Below are positions 44,917-58,576 of a DNA stretch of 64,000 nucleotides, one piece after another. This DNA comes from Rebecca billardiae RCC1528 (lineage: Eukaryota > Protista > Haptophyta). The position numbers and the translations under genes were made by a program. The stretch's first letter is position 1; each line of letters begins with the position of its first letter. The notes under the pieces were generated by a model. That model searched no databases. It was not told the DNA's origin and saw only the letters and a list, made by a program, of their open reading frames with translations. Where the stretch lies: NCBI GenBank assembly GCA_965240325.2, contig OZ251239.1:1364001-1428000 (forward strand). The letters run 5' to 3'.

Positions 44917-46697
44917 GGACGAGGTGCCGAGCAACGACGCGTGGCGGCGCGAGCACGGGATCGACGAGCTGCTGGACGAGCCGCTCCCGCCCGCGCTGAG
45001 CGAGTGCTTCTTCCGCCACGGCACCGACCGCAACGCCACGCCGCTCTTTGTGTTCGAGCCGGGCCAGCTGCGAGACCCGGAGGAGGTGATTCGGCGCGAG
45101 GGCGCAGAGGCGTTCCACCGGTTCGCGCTGCGCTGCCTGGAGCACATGCGGCGCGACGCGGTGGCGGAGCGCGCGGGGCGCGTCGCGCTGCTCGTCGACA
45201 TGCACGCCACCTCGCTCCGCGCGCACTTCAAGCCCGCCGTGCTGCGCGCCCTCCACCGCGCGCTCATGGCGCGCTCGCACTTTATCGAGCCGCAGGCGCT
45301 TGCCGCGCGGCGCGCGGCGGGCGGCGCGGCGCCGGCGGGCGGCGGCGCGGCGGAGGGCGCGGCGGGCGGCGGGCCGCTGCCCACCGACCCCGCCTCGGGC
45401 GGCGGCATGCGCCTGCAGTACGTGCTGTTTGTGCGCGCGCCCTCCGGGCTGCCCCTGAGCAGAGAGCTGTCACCCTTCATTTCAGACTCGCCCTCCTGGT
45501 GAGGCACGCCCCCGCGGCGGCACTGCGGCGCGGGGGCGTGGCGGCCTGCCTGCTGGCCTGCGCGTGGGTGGGCGGGGCGGCGCCGCCGCGCCCCGCCGCC
45601 GCCAACGCCGCTGCCCACCCGCACACCCGCCCCCCCGCGCAGGTCTTTTGTCGTCGCGACCGACGACGAGACTGCGGGCACGCTCGCGCGCTATGTTTCG
45701 GCCGAGCACGTGCCGGCGCCGCTCGGCGGCGAGTGCGCGTGCTGCGTGCGCCGCGCGCACGCGCAGGCGGCGGAGGCGGTCGAGCGCCTCCTCAGCCCCG
45801 CGCTCCGCCCGAGCCCGTCCGAGCTGTGCGTGCGCAAGGTGATGCGCGCCGAGCCGGCGCTGTTTGAGGCCCAGGTGAGCGCACTGCGCGCGCGGCTGCT
45901 TGAGGAGGAGGCGCGCGCCGCGGTGGTGGCGGCGGGCGGCGGCGCGGGCGGCGGGCTGCCCGGCGCCGGCGCCGCCGCCGCCACCGTCTCCTCCGCCCTC
46001 GGCCTGCACTGGGGCTCCTCGCGGCGCAGCTCGGGCGGCGGCGCAGCGCTCGCCGAGCGCGGCGGCGGCGGCGGCGGCGGCGGCACGGCGGCGGCGGCGC
46101 CGCCGAGCCCGCGCGCCGCCGCGCTGCTCGCCGATGCGGCCCAGCGCGCGCTCGAGTCCAACCTGCTGCTGCGCGACGACTCGGCGCTGCGCCGCTTCGT
46201 GCTCGACTCGGGCGGGGATCTCGGCGCGGCCGCGACCGCGCTGCGCGCCACCCTCGCGTGGCGGCGCGAGTGGCGGGTCGACGGCCTACTGGAGGAGGAG
46301 GCGGGCTGGGCGGGCACGGGCGGGGGGGGCGGCGCGTATGCGAGCGCGCCGCCCGCCGCCCCCGCGGCCGGCGGCGGCGGCGGCTCGGCCGCGCGCGCGG
46401 CGCAGCTGGAGCTCCTCGAGGACTTCTGCTTCGTGCGCCACCGCACCGACCACCAGGGCCACCCGCTCTTCATGCTCCGCCTCGGCTTCCTGGCGGACGT
46501 GGAGGGCACAGCCCGCGCGCTCGGCGACCGCGCGACCGTGTTGTTTGGAGTGCGCTGCATCGAGCGCTGCGCGCGCGCGCTCGCGTCGGAGGCGGACGCG
46601 GAGCGCGCGGCGGGCTCGCCCGGCGGCGGCGAGGACGGCGGCGAGGCCGGCGCCGCCCGCGCCGCCTCGCCCTTTGAGCTCGAGCCGCGATCGCTCG

Positions 46698-46734
<37 letters not shown>

Positions 46735-47826
46735 TGCCGACGCGGACGTGTCAGCGGATGGCGGCCCGTTGGCGTACGCGCGCCGCGCCGCGCCCTCCGC
46801 GCGCCGCCCGCCGCCGCCGCCCGGCCGCGTCTCGCTCCTGATCGACCTGCACGGCGTGACCATCTCGCGCTTCGTCTTCTCCGCGTACCTGCTGCGCATC
46901 CTGCACGAGGTGATCGACATCGGCGACCGCCACTACCCGGCGATGCTGGCGCGCGTGCTCGTCGTGAACGCGCCCGCCTCGTTCCTCGCGCAGGCGTGGG
47001 GGGTGTTTTCGTACGCGCTGGGGGACGAGGCGCACCGCGCGGTGGTGGCGGTGGGCAGCGCGGAGCAGCTGCTCGCGCACGTGCCCAGGGCGTGCCTGCC
47101 GCGCGCGCTCGGCGGCCGCTGCACGTGCCAGGGCACGCGCTGCGTGCTCGACGTGGCGAGGCCGGCCGCGCTGCTCGTCGCCGACGCGGCGGGCGGCGCG
47201 GCGGGCGGCGCGGCGGGCGGCGGCGGCTCGCTCGGCGCGCTCGCCTCCGGGTTGAGCAGCGCGGGCAGCAGCCTGCACGCCGGCAGGCGGGGCGCGGGCG
47301 GCGGCGGTGGCGCGTGCGGCGGCGGCGGCTGTGCTCTCGGCGTGGGCGCGGGGGCGGGCGGCGTGGGCTGCGCGCCCGGCGCCGGGCTCAGCCTCGGCTC
47401 CTCCTCCACGTCCGTCGTCTCGGCAGCGGGCGTCGGCGGCGCCGCCGAGCCGAGCGCGGAGGGCGGGGCGCTGCTCGGTGGCGGCGGCAGCAGCAGCGCT
47501 CGCGCGTACGACGCGGTCAAGGCGGCGGCCGCGGCGGCGGGCGCGTCGGTCCGGGCGAAGGCGGTGGGCGGCACGCGCGCCGCCGCCGCCGCCGCCTCGG
47601 CCGCCGCCGCCGCTGCGAGCGCCCCCCCGCTGCCGCACGAGCAGCCGCTGCCTGCCGCGCTCACGGCGGACGCCGACGGCGCTGGGGGCGGCGGCGGCAG
47701 CAGCAGCGCCGTCAGCCCCCGGAGCGGCAGCGGCGGCTCGCGCCAGTCCTCGCCGGGCGGCGGCTTCTTCGGCGGCGGCGGAGACGGCGCTGCTGCCGGC
47801 GGCCCGCTCCGCCGAGGCTCAGCGGT

Positions 47827-47859
<33 letters not shown>

Positions 47860-48710
47860 GGGCGGCGGCGGCGGCGGCGGGCCGCACGCTCGAGGGCTGA
47901 CACTCGAGCTGGTCGAGCTGCAGCACGCGCCGAGGCGCATCTCGCGGCTGCTGCTCGACGCGGCGCACCGGCGCGGCCGCTCCGTCTCCTCGCTGCTCGT
48001 GCACTCGTGGCTCACGTCCTTTGGCGCGGGCGCGCCGCCGCACGGCGGCGGCGGCGGCGGCGGCGGCGCGGACGCGGGCGGCGGCGCGGACGCGAGCGTG
48101 GGCGGTCCGGCGGTGCGGGCGCAGCGCTCCTTCTCGCTGTCCAACGCGCTGGCGAGCGCGCTCTCCGGCGGCGGCGGCGGCTCGCCCGAGCGCCGGATGC
48201 CGCCGCGCACGCGCAGCTTCAGTGTGTCCACGCCGCGCGCGCGCGCGGGCGCGGGCGCGGGCGGCGGCGGCGCGCTCGGCGGCGGCGGCGCTGGCGGCGC
48301 GCGCGGCGGCGTGCGGCGCGCGCTGACGTGGGCGGCGGCGGCGCTGCGCGGCGGCGGCGGCGGCGGCGGCGGCCGCGCGCGCGCGCGCGCCGCCGCGCGC
48401 GCCGCCGCCGAGCAGCGCCGCCGCCAGTTCGCGCTGAGCATGCACGGCGCGGCCGCAGTTCTCCAGCTGCGCGCGCCCGGCGCGCGCGGCCGCGCCGCCG
48501 CCTCAGGGCCTGCCTCGGCCCAGTCTGACGACAGCGACGGCCTGCACACTCTGGTGGCGGCGCTGGCGCCGCAGCTCGCGGCGGTGGGCGTGAGCGTGGC
48601 CGAGGCGGGGCACGTGCCGCGGCGCGGGCTGTGGCTGCTGCTCGTGCACTACGCGCCGCCGCCGAGCACGGCACTCGCCCGGGGGGCGCTCGGCGCGGCC
48701 GCGGCGGCGC

Positions 48711-48753
<43 letters not shown>

Positions 48754-49349
48754 GGCCGGCGCGGCCGCGGACGCGGCGGCCATGCTGCACGCGCTGCGCG
48801 AGCGGCTGGAGGCGGCGCCGCTCTCGGCGGCGGCGGCGCAGACGTGCTCGCGCCTCGGGCTCGGCGGCGCGCGCCCGCCGCGCCCCGCCGCCGCCGCCCC
48901 CATCCCCGCAGCCATCGACACACCGCCCACGCTGCTCGGCGCGCTGCGCGCGACCGGTGCGCTCCGCGCCGCGCGGCCGCTGCACGCCGGGGCGCCGCTC
49001 AACGCGCTGCTGGGCGCGGGCAGCACGCCGATCCAGCGCTGGCTGGGGCGGCCGCCGAGCGCGGACGGCTGCGTGCTCGGCGGCATGCGCGCGTACGCCG
49101 GCCAGCGCGCGCCGCTCTGCCTCTGGGTGTGCGGCCGTGCGCTCGGCGCGCTCGCCTGGCCGTGCGCGGTTGCTGCGTGTCTAGACGGCGCGCGGCGCGC
49201 GCGCGCGGCCGCGCGCGCCGCGCGCGCCGCCGCGGCGCTCGGCGCGGCGGCGGGCGGCGAGGGGGCGGGGCCGGAGGGCGGCGTGGGCGCGGCGCTCGCG
49301 GCGTGGGCGCGCGCCGCCGCCGCTCTCCTCGGGGATGACGGCGGCGCGA

Positions 49350-49383
<34 letters not shown>

Positions 49384-50223
49384 TGGCGCGCGCGGAGGCG
49401 CGGCGGCCGCGGGCGGCGCGGCGCGCGGCGCGGCGCTCGGCGCGGCGGCGGGCGACCCGCCCGGCGCGCACGCGGCGGGCGCGGTGATGCTGCTCTGCGC
49501 GCTCCTCTACGGCGCCGCGCGCGCCGTGCTCAGCGCGGAGGCGGCGCGCGCGGCGCTCGCGCGCCGCGCGGCGCGCGAGCGGCGCGCGGCCGCGCGCGCC
49601 ACCGCCGGCGGCGCCTCCGCGGGGAGCGCGCCGCCGGTCGGCGCGGCCGAGGGCTCGCTGGCGTTCGGGCTGGCGTGGGCCGCGCTCGCGCTGCTGCTGA
49701 TCGGCGGCGCGGGCGGCGCCGCGTACGTCTTGCTCCGCGCGCACCTCCTCCTCGCGCGCGCGCTGGCGCTCGCGCCGCGGCTGAGCGCGCGCGCGAGCGC
49801 CGCGCGCGCCGCCGCGGCCGCGGGCGGCGCCGCGCTCGCGCCGACGAGCGCGGCGGGGGTGCGGCTGCAGCTGCTCGCGGCGCTGGCGCGGCTGGCGCGC
49901 CGCGGCGTGCGCGGGCTCGGCGTCGCCGCGTGCCGCGCCGCCGAGCTCACCACCTTCGCCGCCGCCACCGCCGCGCTCGGCGGCGCGAGCGCGCGCGCCG
50001 CGCGCGCCGCGTGCACCGCGCTCGCCGCCGCGGAGGCGCGCGCGGCCGGGCTCGTCTCGCGCTCGGCGTGCGACGAGGAGGAGCGCGCGCTGGGCGACGG
50101 GCGGTACCTGCTCGTGCGCGCGGGCGCGGTGCTCGCCGTCGCCCTCTGCGCGCCGCTCCACGCGCTGTGCTCGGGCGGCGGCGGTGCCGCCGCGCTCGGC
50201 GCCGCGCCGCCGGCCGGCGGCGC

Positions 50224-50259
<36 letters not shown>

Positions 50260-52408
50260 GGTGGGCGCCGAGCGGCGGCGGCTGGGCGCGGAGCTGAGCG
50301 CGCTCTTCGCGGCGCACTGCCTGAGCGCGCTCCTCTCGATGGTGAGCGCGCGCGTCGCCAGCGGCGCGGGCGCCGGCTCGGGCGCCGCCGCCGCGCGCTC
50401 GCGCGTCGTCTGTGCCGCCGACATGAAAGACGGCGGAGGCGGCGGCGGCGGAGCGATGCGGCGGAGCGGGTGCGCGTCGGCGGACGCGGACGCGGCGGCG
50501 GAGGCCGCGGCGGCGGCCGAGCTCACCACCACGCTCGCCTTCGCCTTCGCCGAGACCTCCGCCCCCGCGCACGACGCCTCGGCCGCCGCGGCAGACTGCG
50601 CGTGTCTCTGGGCGCTGGGCGGTTGCTTCGTGGCGCACAGGCCTGCGCTCGCGCTCGCCGCGGCGGTGGCGTCGCTCGTGCGGCTGCGGGCGGACTGGCT
50701 GCAGACGCTGCTGCTCTCGCGGCGCGGCTGGCCCGCCGGCGCGGGCGTGCTGCGCGCGCGCGGCGCGGACGCGGCGGACGGCGGCGGCGGCGGCGCGGGC
50801 GCGGCGGCGGCGCGCGAGCGCGCGCAGAGTGTAGGCGCGCCGCCGCCCGCGCCGCTCGGCGCGGCGGGCGAGGCGGAGGAGCGCTGGCTCGACGCGCGGC
50901 TGGGCAGCGCGGACGGCGCGGCGCGCGCGCACATCGCGCTGCTGCGTGCGCTCGGCGTGCTCGCCGTCGTCACCAACGCCGCGCTGCTGCTCCCCGCGGG
51001 GGCGGCGCGCGGCGCGGGCGGCGCGGGCGGCCGCGGCGGCGGCGCGCCGTCGGCCGGCGCGGGCGCGGCAGCAGCGCCGCCGCAGCCCGACGCCGCGTGC
51101 GAGCTCGCCGCCGCCGCCGCGACCACGCGCGCCGCGCTGCTGCTGGCCGCCGCGAGCGTCGGCGTCCTCGTCCTCTGCGGGCCACTCACGCAGCCGCCGC
51201 CGCCCGCGGGCGCGGCGGCGGGTTGGGCGGAGGGCGAGGCGGAGGAGGCCGACGAGGCTGAGAGGTGCACGCTGCTGGGCGCGCACCACGGCTGCTCCGC
51301 CGCGGCGGCGGGCGAGGTGAGCGCCCGGGCCCTCGCCGCGGAGGAGGCGCGGCAGTGGCTCTTCGGCAGCGGCGCGCCGCCGCAGAGCGCGCTCGCCATG
51401 CGCCGCGCGGCCGTGCGAGTGCTGCTGACTCCGTCGCTCGGCGCGCTCGGCGCGGCGGCGGACGGCGCGCACGCCGCGGCGCGCGGCGCGGCGGCGCACG
51501 TCACGCCGTTCGCCGCGCTCACGCTGCTCACCGTCGGCGCGGCGTGGGTCGCGGGCGCGCACGGCATGCACTTTGGCGTCGGCCTCTCGCTCGCCGCGCT
51601 GCTGCACGAGGCGCAGCGCGTGCGCGCGCGACAGGTGGCGTTGCGCGCGCACGCGGCGGCCACGCGCGAGGCGGACGCGCTGCGGGCGTTCGCGCGCGCG
51701 CACGCCGCGCCGCCGGCGCTGCTGTCCGCCGCCGACGCGAAGGCGGCCGCCGCGGCGGCGGGCGCGGCCGCGGCGCACGCCGCGGCGACGCGCGCCTTGG
51801 CGGAGGCGGCGAGCGGCGCCGCGGGCGCGCGCGACGGCGGCGGCGGCGGGTACGCGCCCGGCGGCGCGCCGAGCGGCCTGGGCGGCTCCGGCTGCGGCGG
51901 CAGCAGCTCGGCCGTCGTGCGCAAGGGGCCGAGCACCGGCTCCATCGCCGCGGCCAAGGCGGCCGCCTCCGCGGCGAAGGTGGCGACGGCGGTGGGCGCG
52001 CGCGCGGCGGCGGCGAGCGGCGCGGGCGCCGCGCGCGCCGCCACGGCACTGGACGGCCCGTGGCTGGGCGGCGAGCCGAGCGCGCCGCCGGCGAGGCCCA
52101 GCAGGGCGGCGTGCGCCGGCGGCGGCGCGGGCAGCAGCAGCGCGGCGAGCAACCGCCGGCGCTCCTTCTCCTCCGGGGACGTGCTGAGCGGCGCGGACGA
52201 GGCCGCCGCAGCCGCCACCGACGTGGCCAGCGCTCTGTCTGCCGCTGTCGCGAGCGCCGCGGCCGCCGCCGCCAGCTGCGCCGCGGCGGGCGGCTCGCTG
52301 CCGTCCACGCCCAAGCAGGGCGAGCGGCTGCTGCAGGTGCGGCTGAACGCGCCCCTCTCGACGCCGCCCACGCCCGACCCCGGCACGCCCACGCGCCACG
52401 CCGCTGCG

Positions 52409-52445
<37 letters not shown>

Positions 52446-52891
52446 AGCACGGCGGCGCGAGCCGGCGCGGCGGCGGGGCCGCGGCCGCGAGCGCGGCGGC
52501 CGCGCCGCCGCCGCCGCCGCCGATGACGACGACGGCGACGACGACGACAGCGGGCTCGTGCGGCGGCGGCGGGGTCGGCGGCGGCGCGGCGCCCGCCGCG
52601 CACGCCTCGCGCCGCTCCAGCCCGCCGCGCGAGCACCCCTCCGCCGCGGACGCGCCGCCGGCGGCCATTCTGTGCGCGGAGGGGGAGGCGGAGGCTGAGG
52701 GTGCGCAGCCCCCGCTGGATGCGGCGTGGGCGCACGTCGCGTGGCTGAGCGCGCTCGTGCGCACCATGTGGCCGGTGATCGCCGCGGACGTGTCGGAGCG
52801 GCTGCAGGAGGAGATCCAGGACGCGATCGAGAAGGCCATCCAGGCGGACGCGGAGGGCAAGGGCGTGGGCGCCGACAAGGGCGGAGGCGGA

Positions 52892-52926
<35 letters not shown>

Positions 52927-55151
52927 AGGTGGCGGCGGCGGTGGGAGTGGCGTCGATGGTGGCGGCGGCGGGGCCGGCGGCGGCGGGGGCAGCGGCCCGG
53001 CCACCGCGCCGCCCTCCTCCTCCTCGGGCCAGCCGACGATGCGCAACTTCAAGACGCGGCTCAACCTGGGCACGCACCCGCCTGCGTTCGAAGCGGTGCG
53101 GCTAGCCACGCCCTCGGCGGCGCTGCGCGGCGTGCCGCACGCGTTCTGCGCGGAGGCGCGCGTGCACTGGGCGTCCGACGCGTCGCTGGTGGTGACCGCC
53201 GACGTGGGCCGCCGCCTCCTCTCCTTCTCCGTCTCCTTCGCGCTGCGCTCGATCGCGCTGCGCGGCGTGCTGCGTGTCGAAGGCGTTCCGCGACCCGCGC
53301 CGCCCTACCTCGGGAGGCTTCGACTTTCCTTCCAGGAGAGCCCGCACGTGATCTTCGAGCTCAAGGCGCTGGACACGCTGGACATCATGGAGTTCCCGTT
53401 CCTCGAGCGGTACATCTCCACCTTCTTCCGGCAGAACCTCTTCGCCGAGATCACCGCGCCCAACGCCGCCGAGTTTGAGCTGCACGAGGTGAGCCGCACC
53501 GCACCGCACCGCACCGCACAGCACCGCACAGCACCGCACAGCACAGCACAGCACAGCGCACAGCGCACAGCGCAGCACAGCACAGCGCAGCGCACAGCGC
53601 TGAGTGCCGAGCGTTCCGCACCGCGTCAGTGGCCCCCGCCCGCCCGCCTGAGCCCCCGCGCGCGCTCCCGCCCCGCGCTGGCCCGCGCGCCCCCCTCGCA
53701 CGCCCCCGCAGGTCATCGGCGCCGCCCAGCCGCACCTGCTCACGCTGCACCTGCGCTCAGCCGCACCACAGTGGCTCGCGGCCGCGGCCGACGGCACGGG
53801 CGTGGGCGCGCGCCGCACGCTGCGGCTGGTGGCGTCGCTCTCCGAGGTGGCGTACAAGGTGCACGAGGCCACGACGGAGGGCGTGCTCTGGACAGCGCCC
53901 GCCAGCGGGGGCGGCGGCGGCGCGTCGTCCGAGCCCGGCGGCGCGTCCGCGCCGCCGCCCGTCTCGTGGGAGGAGTGGGTGACGATGCCGGTGGTCGAAC
54001 CGGAGCGCACGCAGCTTGTGCTCAGCCTACAGGCGAGGGACGAGGTGGGCGGGTATGCGCAGCTGGCGAGCGCGACGCTGCCGCTGATCGGCGGGGACAA
54101 GCGGCGCGGCGGCGGCGGTGGAGGCGGCGGCGGCGGTGGCAGCGGCGGCGGCGGCGCGGCCAAGGCGGCCGCGAGCGGCGCCGCGGCGGCGCGCGCGGCC
54201 GCGGCGCTGAGCGCGGGCGCGGCCGCCGCCGCCGCCGCAGCCGCCGCAGCCGCGGACGCGGCCGCCGCGGCGCGCGCGCTCTGGGGCCCGCCGCTGCTGC
54301 CGGACGCGCGCGTGCTGCTGCCCTCGCCGAGCGGGGAGCGGATGCGCTCGGTGCGCGTCTTCATGCGGCCGACGCAGCCGACGCCCGCGGCCGCCGCCAC
54401 CGCCGCCGCGGCCGCGGCCGCGGCGGCCGCCGCGGCCGGCGGCGCCGCCGCCCTCTCCGCCGCGGCCGCGGCCGCGCCGCCGCCGCCGGACCAGCCAGGC
54501 TGGTGGCTCAGCCTCGGCGTGCAGATGTCGCGCCCGCCCGCGCCCGCGACCGCGGCTTTGCGCGCGCTCGGCCCTCTGCAGCTGCACGTCGGTGGGCTGC
54601 AGCTGCACGGCGTAAGTCCGGGCTCTCTGCTCTGCCTGGAGGTGCGGCTGGGAGGGAGGCGCGCGCCGACGCGCGCGATCACCGCGTCCGAGGCGGAGCG
54701 CTGCGTGTGGCGCGACTTCAGCGCGACGCTCGACGCGCGCAAGCCGCACGCGCAGCGGCTCACCGTCGCGCTGCTCGCGCCGCGCACCGCGCGCGCGCCG
54801 CCGCGCGGCACCGTGGGAGCCGCCGCGGCGCTCGGCGCGTCGCCGCCCGCCGGCTCGCCCGCCGGTCGCGCGGGCGGCGGCGCCGCCGCGCCGGGCGCCG
54901 AGGGCGCCGAGCTCGGCACGGCCACGCTCGACCTGCGCGAGCTCGGCGTGGGCGCCACCGAGGTGCGATGGCTGCCGATCCGGCTCGCGGACTCGGCGGA
55001 GGATGAGCCGGGCGGCGCGGCCGCGGTCGTGCGCGCCGAGCTGACGCTCTTCAAGCCGGGCGCGGCCGGGGGCGGCGCGGGCGGCGGCGCGGGTGGCGGC
55101 ACGGGCGGCGCGGGTGGCGGTGACCACCAGGCCGCGGGTGGCGCCGGCTGA
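44723..55151 (+). CDS. ~3350-aa fusion: 2x CRAL-TRIO/Sec14, degenerate anoctamin/TMEM16-like region, SMP domain, C2-like domains; 3 exons
   Basis: Introns 45499-45642 and 53489-53711 are phase-consistent. Sec14 motifs: AWRREHGIDELL, GTDRNATPL, HYPAMLARVLVVNAP, CLPRALGG. SMP motifs: WLSALVRTMWP, LNLGTHPPAF, LSFQESP, DIMEFPFL. C2-like beta-strand segments lie in exon 3. Confidence 0.8.
53495..53600 (+). repeat. Intronic pentanucleotide repeat (GCACC/GCACA)n
   Basis: Seen directly within intron 53489-53711. Confidence 0.85.
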
Positions 55152-55507
55152 GGAAGCCGCCCCGCCCTGCTGACAATCATCATGGCCGCGCGAGCTAGAG
55201 TTGCACTACGACGGACTGCGACTACGCGATATGAGCGACGATGTTTAGCGATGCTGCGACGCAGCATGACTCGACGATACATCATGCTTGGCGGAGCGTA
55301 CTCTCGACGGTGCTCCCGACCGTGGTCTCCCGCTCGAGCGGCTGCCTGGTGGGCCCTGAGGCCAGCCCGACCCATCGGCGGGACGGCGGCCATCGTCAAT
55401 CGTCATCGTCGTCATTTTCCGTTTTTGCGTCATCATCATCGCAATTTATTTCAACGGAGTCCCTTTCGAGTAGCACGGCATACACTGCGTGGCTGACGCG
55501 CGCGAGG

Positions 55508-56695
55508 ATGCCCAGCATGTGCGGCCGAGCTGGCTGTGACAAGCGCGCGATATATGGCAAGCCGGGTACACGTGCCAGCCTCTGCGCTGCTCACAAGCTG
55601 GCCGGCATGGTGGACGTGAAGAGCCGCAGGTGCGAGCATGCCGGCTGTGACAAGCAGCCGTACTTTGGCATGCCGGGCGACACACGTGCCAGCCGCTGCG
55701 CCACACACAAGCTGGCCGGCATGGTGAACGTGAAGAACCGCAGGTGCGAGCATGCCGGCTGCCACAAACAGCCGTACTTTGGCATGCCGGGCGACACACG
55801 TGCCAGCCACTGCGCCACACACAAGCTGGCCGGCATGGTGGACGTGAAGAACCGAAGGTGCGAGCATGCCGGCTGTGACAAGCATCCTAACTATGGCACG
55901 CCGGGTGACACATGTCTCCGTCGCTGCGCTGTGCACAAGCTGGGTGGCATGATCAGCATGCGCGCCATGCGCGAGCGCAAGCGGGCTGCAGCCCCTGAGC
56001 CTCAGCAGGGCGGCAGCGCAAAGCGCAGGCGCGTGCAGCGGAACGGTGGCGGCACGGCTGCAGCAGCTGCCGCTGCTGCCAGCTCGCAGCCGCAGCCGCA
56101 GCCACCGAGGGCCACGGGTCGCGCTGAGGCTCACCCACCGCGTCGCCCCGCTGTCGCGAGCGGCAGCGGCCCGCGCAGCCGCGGCGATGGGCCGGGCAAG
56201 CGCGCGGGGCCGAGCAGGGCGCATGCAGCGCATACACAGCCCGCCCTGGGCACTGCCCCGCCTGCTGATGGGCCAGGCGGTGGAGGTGGCGGGGAGCATG
56301 CGGCAGATGCCCCGCTGCTCGGCCGGCTGGTCGAGCCCGCCGCGTCCACGCAGCACACCGACGCTGCTGCCGAGCTCGCCGCCGAGCGCGCCGCCACCGA
56401 GCGCATGCGCGCCGAGCTCGTGCGCGCGCGCATGCGGCTGCGTCTCGCCGAGCAGGCGGCCGACCCGTCGCACCTGCGCGTGCTGCGCTTGGTCATGGAG
56501 GGCGAGGCCGAGCCCGCGGGCGCCCAGCCGCGCGTTGGCGCACGCTCCAGTCCCGCGGCACAAGCTGATTCTGAGGACGAGCGCCATGCCACGCTGCAGT
56601 ACCTGCGCGAGCTCGAGGCGCGGGTGCGCGAGCCAGCAGGCGAGCAGCGACGTCGCGCGACGGCGTCGTCCGATTATTCCGCCGGCCGCGCGTGA
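55508..56695 (+). CDS. EsV-1-7-type Cys/His repeat protein, copy E (4 repeats)
   Basis: Same architecture and family leader. Confidence 0.85.
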   Translation: MPSMCGRAGCDKRAIYGKPGTRASLCAAHKLAGMVDVKSRRCEHAGCDKQPYFGMPGDTRASRCATHKLAGMVNVKNRRCEHAGCHKQPYFGMPGDTRASHCATHKLAGMVDVKNRRCEHAGCDKHPNYGTPGDTCLRRCAVHKLGGMISMRAMRERKRAAAPEPQQGGSAKRRRVQRNGGGTAAAAAAAASSQPQPQPPRATGRAEAHPPRRPAVASGSGPRSRGDGPGKRAGPSRAHAAHTQPALGTAPPADGPGGGGGGEHAADAPLLGRLVEPAASTQHTDAAAELAAERAATERMRAELVRARMRLRLAEQAADPSHLRVLRLVMEGEAEPAGAQPRVGARSSPAAQADSEDERHATLQYLRELEARVREPAGEQRRRATASSDYSAGRA

Positions 56696-56745
56696 CGCGA
56701 GACTGACCATCGTAGTCGATCGATCGACGATGATGATGACGCGCG

Positions 56746-57145
<400 letters not shown>

Positions 57146-58576
57146 CACCTTGAATGGCCCCAGTGGGCGGAAATGGCCACATCTCCCGGAGATCGGGCGT
57201 ACTCGCACGTGCGAGTAAAGTTTCGTCGGGATTTTCAGCAATTTCATTGGAGGAGGGTGCCTCACTCTATTGTCCAAACTTGCATTTTCGGGATGTGACG
57301 CTGTAAGTGTTTCGCCTTGCGGAGTAGCGCAGCCGCCAATCCGTCCAATGGGAAGCCAGCTCGGGCTTCGCTCAATGAAAAATGATCACATCGGCTCCCG
57401 CGAGCCCCAATAGGAAATAGATGCTCGCTCCGTTCCACTTCGTCGGTATCTCGCCGTCTCGTGGTGGGCGAGGGGCGGAGCTGAGTCGGGTTGGGGCTGC
57501 GGCGCGGACTGCGATGCTGGGCTGCTGACGTTCTCCGCGCGGGATATCTGAGGGGCACGCGAGCTGTATGTAGGGCACGCCTTGCAAACAATCTCCCCGC
57601 TGTACGTGCAGGTCATGCTAGCGTCCTCCGCGCCAAAAAAACCTGCTTGTTCTTGCGCGAGGCCCGAGTCCGCGGTGCCACGGTCGCTGCTCGCCGCAAG
57701 CTGGCACGCGTCAGCGTCTACACATTCACGATTCGGTGGTCATCGTGCGCCTGAGGACGGGGGCGATCTACTGCGTGCGCTGCTAGATGAGCAGGCCCGC
57801 GTAAGGTTAGATCACCCTGCTCCTCACGCCTTGCGCGCACCTTGGGTTGCTCACCGTCACGCTTGAGGCGCTTCACGTCGCACGGGTCGGCGTAAGCTGG
57901 AGTGTGTGATGCAAGCAGACGTCTTCCAAGCCTGGCTTGTACCCGATGGGAGAGCATACTTCTATCGCCTTCAGCCACCACCTTCTCCGGCGTTCGACGC
58001 CCACACTACATGCGACCACAGCCATACGCAGCTCGTCGGGACTCGTCTCCGTTAGCTTGTCGATGTGCAAACGCCAAGGCCTGTGACACGCAGGGAAGAC
58101 TGATTCGCCATGGCATTTGTGCACTGCGTGAAGCATTGACACCAGCGCACGTTCGCCAGGTAGATTTGCGGGAGCAGAGCGTGCTTTTCTGCAAGGATTC
58201 GCACACGTATCACAGAAGTTCAGCAGTCGCGGGCTCGGACTGAAGATCTCTGCACCGTCGCTTAGCCGTGAGTGACAGGAACAGGCGAGGAGCTCCCACG
58301 GTGCTGGCGCACAACATGCCGTGACAGCGGGGGGCACACACATGGCGCGTGCGCTGACACAACCGCGCGGACGACCGGGCTAGGCGCCACTGATCGGCCG
58401 CCCTCGTGCAAGGCACCGGCGGACTTCGCGGCCGGAACGCCATCGGGACAGCCGTCCCTCGTTTCGGCCGCCAGATAGTCTTTCGCCTTCTTCAAAACTC
58501 TAAACATTGACTGGCCAAGTAACTCTGAGATTCGCAATCGTGCGGCCAAAAACGGGGCTGGGGGGCAGTCAAGGTG
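57146..58576. mobile_element. Putative non-autonomous DNA transposon with imperfect TIRs and a candidate GTAT TSD
   Basis: Left end CACCTTGAATGGCCCCAG; right end reverse complement CACCTTGACTGCCCCCCAG. GTAT at 57142-57145 and 58577-58580. Lower GC inside. Confidence 0.6.

Noticed and set aside
49181-53109. Very long antisense ORFs (1298 and 1200 aa) and similar Arg/Ala/Pro-rich ORFs throughout the window
   Set aside because: These are shadow frames from extreme GC content over real genes and carry no domain motifs.
53489-55006. The 3098-aa ORF as the true C-terminus of the giant protein
   Set aside because: It reads through an intron at 53489-53711. The C2-like sequence continues in another frame, ending at 55151.
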